NCBI RefSeq assembly: GCF_011386835.1
Contig: NC_088791.1
Coordinates: 88,474,001 to 88,538,000 of the forward strand
Length of the DNA stretch: 64,000 bases
Reading direction: 5' to 3'
Source of the DNA: Chrysemys picta bellii
Lineage: Eukaryota
Both the position numbers and the translations under genes were made by a program. Below, piece by piece: positions 25,181-34,290 of the stretch. The notes under the pieces were generated by a model. That model saw only the letters and a program-made list of their open reading frames with translations, was not told the origin of the DNA and searched no databases. Within the stretch, counting starts at the first letter, position 1, and each line of letters begins with the position of its first letter.

Positions 25181-25204
25181 GAGAGAGAGAGAGAGAGAGA
25201 GAGA
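25181..25204. repeat. (GA)n microsatellite
   Basis: Direct reading. Confidence 0.95.
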
Positions 25205-25639
25205 AACATCTTTACAAGGGAGGTTGTAATTGCTGGCACTTCTTACAGTGAAGGTTTATTTGTAGGTGGTATTTCAGACATGACCTGAGCTCAGCTTGCC
25301 AGTTGGTCCCCAGAGATAACACCTTCCCTCCCCGTGAGATAAACAGCTGGGCTCTCTCACTGGCCAACTAATCTGGCATTGGAAAGAACATTTTGCTGGC
25401 AGTTGAAAGTCTGGGTTAGGGAGATGAGATGAACTGGGAATGGTACAACCTCTATGCGGGAAGAGCTTGGCAGCCCTCTCATAGCATTCCACAAACACAG
25501 GTATCCAAAACTCTCCATGCAGTGCTCAGTGTGCTGGGGCAAGGGGTGCAGGGTCCTCTGCCCTCTCAAGACTCTCCACACATGAGCACCAGGATCTCTC
25601 TGTGAAGAGATTACTGGTGTATTTCCCCATTGGCAATAC

Positions 25640-26245
25640 TCTCAATGTAATATATGCCATCGTGTGCCAGCAATGCCCCTCTGCCATGTACATTGACCAA
25701 ACCGGATAGTCTCTACGCAAAAGAATAAATGCACACAAATCAGACATCAAGAATTGTAACATTCAAAAACCAGTAGGAGAGCACTTCAATCTCCCTGGAC
25801 ACTCAATAACAGACTTAAAAGTGGTCATTCTTCACCAAAAAACCTTCAAAAACAGACTTCAATGAGAAACTGCAGAACTGGAATTAATTTGCAAACTTGA
25901 CACCATCAAATTAGGTCTGAATAAAGACTGGGAGTGGCTGGGTCTCTACAAAAAATAATTTTCCCTCTGTTGATACTCACACCTTCTTGTCAACTGTTGG
26001 GAATGGGCCACATTCACCTTAATTGAATTAGCTTCGTTAGCACTGACCCCCCCACTTGGTAAGGCAACTCCCATCTTTTCATGTGCTGTATATTTATACC
26101 TGCCTACTTTTTTTCATTCCATGCATCTGATGAAGTGAGTTATAGCCCATGAAAGTTTATGCCCAAATAAATGTGTTAGTCTCTAAGGTGCCATAAAGAC
26201 TCCTCGTTGTTTTTGCTGATACAGACTAACACGACTACCCCTTTT
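25640..26245 (+). mobile_element. Penelope-like retroelement 3' fragment (GIY-YIG endonuclease remnant plus degenerate hammerhead motif) in OC3-like intron 2
   Basis: Translates to NVIYAIVCQQCPSAMYIDQTG*SLRKRINAHKSDI...EHFNLPGHS... (VIY...YIG-type motif). The 3' end matches the copy at 33089-33747. Confidence 0.85.
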
Positions 26246-26888
26246 AAATCTTTCCTAGCACTCTGCACACATGGGCACCAATATTCTTAAGCACAGCCTT
26301 CTTACGGTCCCTTAAAGGTATTCTGGCTGTATGGACACCAGTGTCTCAGCAGGCAACAGTCAATGACCCAACCTCCATTTCCTTCAGTCACCTTGGGGTG
26401 TTCTGCGGACATTGGTACCAAGGCTTCACTGTGCAATGGCCAGTGCGACAGTCCATATTAGGTTGGGTCAGAAGGCAAGACTCTAAGGTCATCAGGACTG
26501 GAGAGAGAGGGAACCATGTCCCTGCAGATTTGAGGCTTGAGTCTCTTCTCCTACTGCTGTGACTCCACTAACTGCAGTAGCTTTGTTCCAGATTTACATC
26601 AGGATAAGTGACAAGAGAATCATGCTCCTGGAGTTCATGACCAAGGGGGTACTTGGCCCCTGAGACCAAGCAGGTTGGAGTGGACGGGGAGATAGGTCCC
26701 TGAAGCTGTGGGAGATAAGGAGGCAGAACTGTGGAGGCTGGGGTGGGTAGATATGCATTGGGAAGTAAGGTGGGGAGGGACTGTGATAAGGGATAGCAGA
26801 TGTTCCATCTCCAGAGGACACTCCAGTATTTGGACTATAGGAGGCCAGCCCCAAAGCTCTAACCTACTCTTCTATTCTCCCATGGCAG

Positions 26889-26961
26889 GTGTTAAGGTAA
26901 AAAGAGAAACGGCCAATGCCTTTGTGAGGAGGCAGAAGAGGTCCTACCCCTATTATGAAAG
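26889..26961 (+). CDS. OC3: OC3-like exon 3 (G-VKVKRETANAFVRRQKRSYPYYE-R)
   Basis: Acceptor ending at 26888, 73 nt, phases 1/2. Contains ANAF (carboxylase-recognition/ANxF-like) and an RQKR furin site. Donor GTAAAA at 26962. Confidence 0.9.
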
Positions 26962-28077
26962 GTAAAATCTTCCCTGCTTCACCAGTTGGGCTCAGGACTG
27001 AACTCTGTACTGATTATTTCAGAGGGGGATAGGAAGGCAGTGGGATGTGGCAAGGAATTTGATTAATGTCTGGGATAACATCCTCACACACAGAAGTAGA
27101 TAAAAGAGGATGCCGGAGATACTTACTGGAGACAAGTGGCCTGTTCTTCCTTAAAGGGCCATAAATATCCCCTGAGGAGTCTTTGATAGACATAGAGTGA
27201 CCATAGTCAGCTTTACATCACCTCCTGTAAGAGCCCCCAGCACAGGGGCATGCCAGATGCATTGCTGGGAGTATTTCAGGAAGGGGGGTACTTGGCCAGC
27301 ATTCCTAGGTTGCTGGTACTTCTGGCTACTTGAACTGCCCTTAGGGGCCAGGGAGAGTGGGGTGCAAGTTAGAGGCTGCGCTAGCCTGCACCAGGGACCG
27401 AAGCAACCCGCTGCACAGGGTACAGTGAGGAGGTTTCATCTTTGCCTTCAGTTCCTGCACTGAGCTCAGCTCTGCAGCAGGGATGAGGTCAGATCAGACA
27501 GGCTCTTCATTCTGACTATGCCCAGACACTTACAGCAAGCAGAACTTTTTTTACAACACTCCTGGAGACAGGGACTCAGAGAACTTCAGCTGACAGATTG
27601 ACACAAGAACATGCTTCACATACCTCCTGGGAGAGGTCACCAAGCTGCATCTCACAGAGGCCCTGAGGGATAAGACATTTCTAGTTGAGCATCCTTGGAC
27701 AGTAGTTAAAGGCCTGGGTTTAATCCCCAGTTAGTAAAGCTTCTGAAAGGATAACTAAGGTTCCTGGGTAAAGTCCCAGCTGATAGACCTGACCCACTCC
27801 CCAGGAACAATAACCAGGGAGCCTGGGTTCTATCTTTAGCTGTTAGAGCCTTGTGAATGAGATGGGGAACTGGCTTCAATCCCTAACTGATAGAGCTCCC
27901 TCCCACCCCTGGACATTAATCAAAGGGGCTAGGTTCTAACCCTTTGTAGGTAAATATTGTATTCACTATAAGGGAGTCCATCTCTAGGGAATGCTGGTAA
28001 TCACTCTCCCTGAGTTCAGCAGGTGGCATAGGAGCCTGATGAGTCATGAGTGGCATCTTTCTCTTTGTCTACTGCAG

Positions 28078-28207
28078 GTACTATGAAATGTACAAGTCCC
28101 CAATGGAGCTGAGGAAGGAACAGTGTGAAAACTACGCCCCCTGTGACTACCTGTCCGATCACGTGGGGTTTCATGCTGCATATCAGCGTTACTTTGGGAG
28201 GTTCTGA
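28078..28207 (+). CDS. OC3: OC3-like exon 4 (YYEMYKSPMELRKEQCENYAPCDYLSDHVGFHAAYQRYFGRF*)
   Basis: Acceptor ending at 28077. Osteocalcin core ExxxExCExxxxCDxxxDxxGFxxAYxRxxG, TGA at 28205-28207. The four exons total 306 nt = 101 aa + stop. Confidence 0.93.
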
Positions 28208-28652
28208 GGAAGAGACTGTCCCTTCCCTCACCTGGCTAGGGTCCAGTCTGTCCTCCATAAAGACTGGAGTAGTGTGAGGAAGGGAAGGAAGGAAAAGGGA
28301 GAGGTAGATTGGGCCCACTTCAATTCTGCTCAGCACTGATGAGAGCACAATGGCAAAATTTACCCCATGTATCCATTTTCCAGTCCAAGACAGCTGAACA
28401 CTAGTTGTGATCCTTCTACCAGAGGCATTCCCACCTGTGGCCTCCCATAGTATTTTGAGTTTCTTCAGAGAAAGGAAGGTGAGGAGAATCCGTCTTATCT
28501 GCTTGCCATGGAAGTTCCAGAGCAAGTATAGGAAGAAGAGATTCTTCTGAAGAAACTCAAAATATGACAAAGGGAGGCAGCAAGATCTTTTGTGCTCCCT
28601 CCCCTCCCAAAAAAGTACTAGGTGAGGGGTGACTAATATGAGAAATGCAACA

Positions 28653-28677
28653 GTGTGTGTGTGTGTGTGTGTGTGTG
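28653..28677. repeat. (GT)n microsatellite
   Basis: Direct reading. Confidence 0.95.
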
Positions 28678-31600
28678 CTGTGGAGAGCAGTGATCCTCAT
28701 GCATGCACTGGAAAGGGAGGGGTCCTGTTGCTTCCTGTTGGGGAAGGTTCAGCAAATTGCCACCACCAGGTTCCAGTGTGGGGTGATCAGCCCAAGTGTA
28801 TGTTAGTGACAATGCATGAGCCCCTAAAGGTTTGGTGGGTCCATTCAACTAAGCACCTTGATTTCATATACTTCACTGAGCTTCTTGGACCTGCAAAATT
28901 GGGGTGGAAATCTCTGATGCTTCTGATACACCCTGTTTCTGGTCAGGCTGAAAATACCTGAACAAAAAGCTCTTCCTCATAATTATTTTGGCACTTATGT
29001 TTCTGGTCCTGGCTGAAACAAACAAACAAAAAATGCAGAGGCAACTGTAAAATAAAACAAAAAGTTAATTGAACTTTTATGAATCTTCAAAAAAAAAAAG
29101 AGGGTGGTCAGTTCAGGATTGGGTTGGGTTGAAGTTGGGTCAATGCCAGGTTTATCCAAATTGGTTTGCCTATCCTCAATATGTATCTTCCCTCTTTGCA
29201 AATTCATGCAGGTATCTTTTTATGAGTGTTATGCATTAGCAACTTTCTGAAATTTCACCTGTGCCATCATATATTCTGTTCTGTAAGGGAGATGTCAGGT
29301 TCTCCAGAGGGGCAGGTGTCTGCTCAGCAGCAAAATTTGCATGTTGGCTGGTGAAATCATCCCCAGCTGTTGGCTATAATAAATGCTGGTTATGTAAAGC
29401 AGGTGTGTGTTTTGCTTCTCTCTGTTCATGTGTCCAGCATCTAGTGGGGAGTGAGAGGTGGTGAGATTCAACTGGGGGAAAGAGAGGTCTGGACGATAAA
29501 GCTCTCTCTCCCAGTCGCTAAGATGGATACTGAACAGGAAACGACAACATTGGCCTGATTTTCCTCTCCCTTATCCCAGTGTTAATCAGGAGTAATTACA
29601 TTGAAATCAATGAAGTGATACCTGCATAAGACTGTGTAAGTGAGAGGTGGATCCTACTCCACCATCAGTTGAATTCTTCCTTCCCCTGGAGAGACCTTCT
29701 TCGTACTGGGATAAGAGGTGAACCCAGTCTCCATGGTCATGTAGAAATAGACTTAGTTCCCACTGACTCGAATGGGAATCCCAACTCTGGAGCCCCTGGA
29801 GGAATGTCCTCTTTTGGGCCGAGAAAGGAACGTTTTTCCTTCTACGAGAGTCTCACTCCAGCTGTAAAGAGAAAGAGATGTGGGTCTGAATGAAATGCCT
29901 GCCCCTCTTGGCTCTGCAGTGGAGAGAAGGGCTACAGGAATTTCTAGGCCCAGATAACTACCTTGTACCATACCATGTGGGTCAGAAGGTACTAGGCCTT
30001 TCAGTCTGCACAGTATAGGTATATATCTGAGCTGGGTGACTGGAGCTCCTTCAAAGACACAGGCCAATTGTTCCCTCTACAAGTGGAGCCCCACCCCACT
30101 TTGGGACAGCGGGTGTTTGTGGGATACACCTGTAACAAACTGAAATAATGACGTACTGCTGATATGGGCATCCTAGCGGGCTCATAGAGACAGTGTGAAC
30201 CTTGTGGCGCTTGTATGGTTTGGGATGGGCTTTGTTTAGGGCAGGAATGCATTGTTGAGTGTGGAGGGTAAAGTCTGCACAGAGGGGACTCACAGTGGCA
30301 CAAGCTGCGTATAGTTTTGCAGCCCTGTCTCATCATTCCATATCCTCTGCTGCCACCTAACGGACATTTCATTTCACTCAGTGAAAGAGCATGTGGCACC
30401 ACTAAAGCATTTTACATTTTCAGAGCTCTGCATGAACCCTGCATTCCAAACGCAGGCTAATCTCCCATTATCGTCACACTAAAATATACATAGAAGCAAA
30501 GGCCTAAGGGTTCAGTGGGAAGGGATAAATGGCTAGTGGGCATGATATGCACAGTCAGATTTGTGAACTGTATGCGTTGTGTATGGGAGGGGGCAAAAAT
30601 ATTCCTGCTTACATCCCCCAAATGGGCTAGCTCTGCCAAAATTCAAATACCCGACAACAGTGGTTCTCAACCGTTTTTATACCAGGACTCTTTTCATTCT
30701 AGCTGGGATCTAGTCAGGATTAGTTAATCTAATCTAATTAGCAATTTGGGAAGGGCCAGGGCCTTGACATATGCTTGTGATCCCTCCAAAGGGGACATGA
30801 TCCGAAGGCTGAGACTGGACGGTTCAAAGAATTAGAAGGAGGTTGGCTGCCTTTATTACCTTGCCCCCATGGCACAAAGTGACATCAGCACAAGGGTGCA
30901 AATGCCTTTACATCACTGACATGTCATGACCCAGTGTTATAACATTCTGAGGCTATAAGGATTTTATGCCAGCCCCTGATTATATTTCAGCATCAATGAT
31001 GCCTATGTCATCTACATGGTGGCATAGGGACCTGTTCTTTCAGATGAACCAAACCACAAACCTGACCTGCTAGTCAGAGCATCATCCTTGACTTTCCCAT
31101 CTGACCCCAGTGCTATCAAACTGTACTAGTGATTGAGTCTCCTGTCTCCCTTCCCCTGCAACACACAGAGAGAACTGTTCTTTGGCTCTTGTTCTATGTA
31201 GAGCAATCATGAAAGCCCACAAAGCATGGTAACCGAATGGGAGAGCTCACCACAGCCTAATGGGTGGGAGGTCACAAAGAGGTGGGAAGCTGCTGATGGG
31301 GAGGATTAGTGTAGATTGCTGAATGGGGCCCAGCATATGCAACTTTGCAAAGGGCTCTCAAAAACTTAGGGCCATCCCTGTTCAGGTCTGTTTCAGTGTT
31401 ATGCAAGCTGCTTCTTACAGGGCATGGGGCAGCCTCTCTCCCCCAAACCAGGACTGCGCCTCAAAATGAGCTCATGTGGAAGCCCTAAATAGGAACAGGA
31501 CATATAGCCTCTCACAAGCAAGGCACTAATTGGAATACAGCCAGTCAGTAGGGACTGAAAGTTGCTACCTTCTGTCCCTGTTCTGTGATGTGTAAAACTA

Positions 31601-31860
31601 GCTGGTGGGTCTCAGTGTAGTGCATTTATGAGACAAATGCCCATATCACCTGCAACTTTGGCCACTGTTTGGCTCCTTTGTTGGCAGTCTCATCCAGGGA
31701 GGTCAAGAATGGTGGTCTTTTGTTTGGTGAGGAGCAGCTGGCAAGCCGAACTTGGTTGCGTGGCTGAGTCAGGCACATTTCACAAGCAATATATTCATTT
31801 AAAAATATATAAAAAAGGACTAGAGTGGGATGGGCAGCAGTGTTGTTTGAGAGGCTAGGA

Positions 31861-32195
31861 CAGGGTGGGGCAAGAAGGGAATAGGCAGCTGTGTTATCTG
31901 TCGTGCCAGATGGGTTCTGAACCAGAGAGGCATCTCAGTTCTGCCTTTATCAGAACCCTACATTCCTTTAATGTTGTTCATTAAACTTTTGGCTGGAGAT
32001 AGTTTGCTTCACTCAACCTCATCTTGTCATGTAAATCCACAGAAGAGAGCTGTCTTGGGTGCCTCAAAGGTCTGAGTCTCCTCTCACTTGAGACTGACAA
32101 CAGGATTTGAACAGGGCCTGGCATAAGGAACCTTCATGACCCAGAAAGAAAAGAGAAAAGACCATAGGAAATCTCAACATTAAGTGAACTGATAA
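31861..32195. promoter_or_regulatory. Cluster of KLF and GATA motifs upstream of ART4
   Basis: GGGTGGGG (31863-31870), TTATCT-N7-CAG (31894-31909), TTATCA (31947-31952), AGATAG (31997-32002), TGATAA (32190-32195). Motif match only. Confidence 0.4.
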
Positions 32196-32541
32196 AGACC
32201 AGGTGAATGCATAGCAACTGGGACTGGAGTGGAGGAGAAACTGTCATTTAAAGGACCCAGACCATTTCTTTTGGACATCTTTTGGACATCGGAGCTATTA
32301 CTTCCGATATGTCCTCGCCTTGGTTCTAAATTACTGTCCTCCAAACTGCAGCCTGTGTCCGATGAGTGATCCCAACTGACTCATATCCGAGTGTAAATTT
32401 CACACAGCAGATTTGTTGGAATTCAATTTATGACACTAAAAGAGAAAAGAGCAAAACATCCATAAGAAAGAGAGGGTAGCCCCATCTTCTGGTTCTGTGG
32501 GAGTTCAACATCCTGTAGCAGATCTCCTGGTGGACTCTGGG

Positions 32542-32613
32542 ATGACAGCTGATCTACTGAGCTTCCTGCTGTTGCTGCTCTTCTCCCTGCTGAGGCTGAT
32601 GAGAGGTGACAAG
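32542..32613 (+). CDS. ART4: Ecto-ADP-ribosyltransferase 4 exon 1, signal peptide MTADLLSFLLLLLFSLLRLMRGDK
   Basis: Leu-rich signal peptide ending in a phase-0 donor AAG|GTTGTG, matching the phase-0 acceptor at 38898. In-frame stop at 32437 with no earlier in-frame ATG. Confidence 0.8.
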
Positions 32614-32928
32614 GTTGTGCTTTATTTGAAACTCTGAAGTTGCTCAGAGTGTGGCTGCTCCAAAGCCCATTGAGGATGATGGCTGTATTTCCATTCTCTT
32701 CAATGGGCTTTGAATCAAGCTTAGCATGAGAACTACTTTGCTTTCACTTGCTTTGTTCCATTTCTCACCTTCTCTAACCCTTCTGATTGCATTGTTAGAA
32801 ATGCACTCCATTTTCAAGTCACATGTTTTCCCAGAGAATGTTTGTGGTTGGGCATCAAGGAAATGCCCCAATCAGTACAAAGAACGAGGAGTATTTGCAG
32901 CACCTTAGAGACTAACAAATTTATTTGG

Positions 32929-32968
32929 GCATAAGCTTTCATGGGCTAAAACCCACTTCATCAGATGC
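32929..32968 (-). ncRNA. Second (inverted) copy of the minimal hammerhead motif
   Basis: The minus strand reads gcatctgatgaagtgggttttagcccatgaaagcttatgc, identical to 33606-33645. Confidence 0.65.
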
Positions 32969-33511
32969 GTGGAGTAGAAAATACAGTGGGAAGATATCTA
33001 TATCTATATAGATACAGAGAACATGAAAAGATGGGGATTGCCATACCAACTCTAATTAGATTAATCAATTAAGGTGGGCTATTATCAGTCACTACACAAA
33101 AGAATAAATGGACACAAATCAGACGTCAAGAACTATAACATTAAAAAAACAGTCGGAAAACACTTCAACCTCCCTGGACACTCAATAACAGACCTAAAAG
33201 TCGCAATTCTTCAACAAAAAAAGTTCAAAAACAGACTCCAACGAGAAACTGCAGAACTGGAATTAATTTGCAAACTGGACACCATTAAATTAGGCTTGAA
33301 TAAAGACTGCGAGTGGATGGGTCATTACACAAACTAAAAACTATTTCCCCATGCTAATTTCCCCCCCTACTGTTACTCACACCTTCTTGTCAACTGTTTG
33401 AAATGGGCCATCCTGATTATCACTAATAAAGTTTTTTTTCTCCTGCTGATAATAGCCCACCTTAATTGATTAGTCTCATTAGAGTTGGTATGGCAACCCC
33501 CATCTTTTCAT

Positions 33512-33556
<45 letters not shown>

Positions 33557-33605
33557 ATATATATATATATATATATATATATTCCTACTGTATTTTCTAC
33601 TCCAT

Positions 33606-33645
33606 GCATCTGATGAAGTGGGTTTTAGCCCATGAAAGCTTATGC
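33606..33645 (+). ncRNA. Minimal type-I hammerhead ribozyme motif of the Penelope-like element
   Basis: GCAU-CUGAUGA-A-GUGGG(uuuuag)CCCAU-GAAA-GCUU^AUGC: conserved core, stem I GCAU/AUGC, stem II, palindromic AAGCUU in place of stem III. Confidence 0.7.
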
Positions 33646-34290
33646 CCAAATAAAATTTGTTAGTCTCTAAGGCGCCACTTATGAGTACCAAAAAGTACTC
33701 CTCATTCTTTTTGCTGATACAGACTAACAAGGCTACCACTCTGAAACCAATCAGTACAATCTTTCTTAGATGGTACAGAGATGTTCTTGGTAATTTCTCC
33801 ATTCCATGTGACTGTGTTTGGGATTCTCCCAAAAAATGTTTAAGATACTATTGGTAGAGAAGTTGTGTCCCAAAACAGTGAGGTCCATGCTATTAATTCC
33901 ATGGGCCCAGTCAGTACATTAACTTAGGGGCCCTTTTCCAAGTGAGGGGTGAGGATAAATGTTCATGGTGAACTGAATGTCTACTTGTAGTCAGCCAAAT
34001 ATCAAATAACTGGATATAGTGTTTGGCCAAAGCCCACTTAAAAACCAAACAGTGAAAAGAGCAATCAATGATATTATCACATGCATTATATTGATGTTTG
34101 ATTACAGAAGGTTTTCAGGGATAAGAAACATTATCAACAGTTAATCAGCTGCACAACCACACAAACAGAATACACTAGATATTATTTTCCTGTTATAGGG
34201 CCCAGTTATATTGTATATAGTATATTGTATATCGTAGAGCCTAGGCGCCCCAGCCACAGACCAAGACCCCATTGTGCTAGATGCTGTCTG

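Larger units (their letters stand above)
32879..33747 (+). mobile_element. Penelope-like retroelement with an inverted 3'-end duplication (arms 32879-33088 and 33446-33710)
   Basis: The centre encodes the GIY-YIG C-terminus SLHKRINGHKSDVKNYNIKKTVGKHFNLPGHSITDLKVAILQQKKFKNRLQRETAELELICKLDTIKLGLNKD. The left arm is the reverse complement of the element's 3' end. A (CT)n(AT)n tract at ~33510-33582 has expanded in the right arm only. Confidence 0.9.

Noticed and set aside
28016-28570. 184-aa minus-strand ORF
   Set aside because: Antisense to OC3-like exon 4 and its 3' UTR, with no recognisable family.
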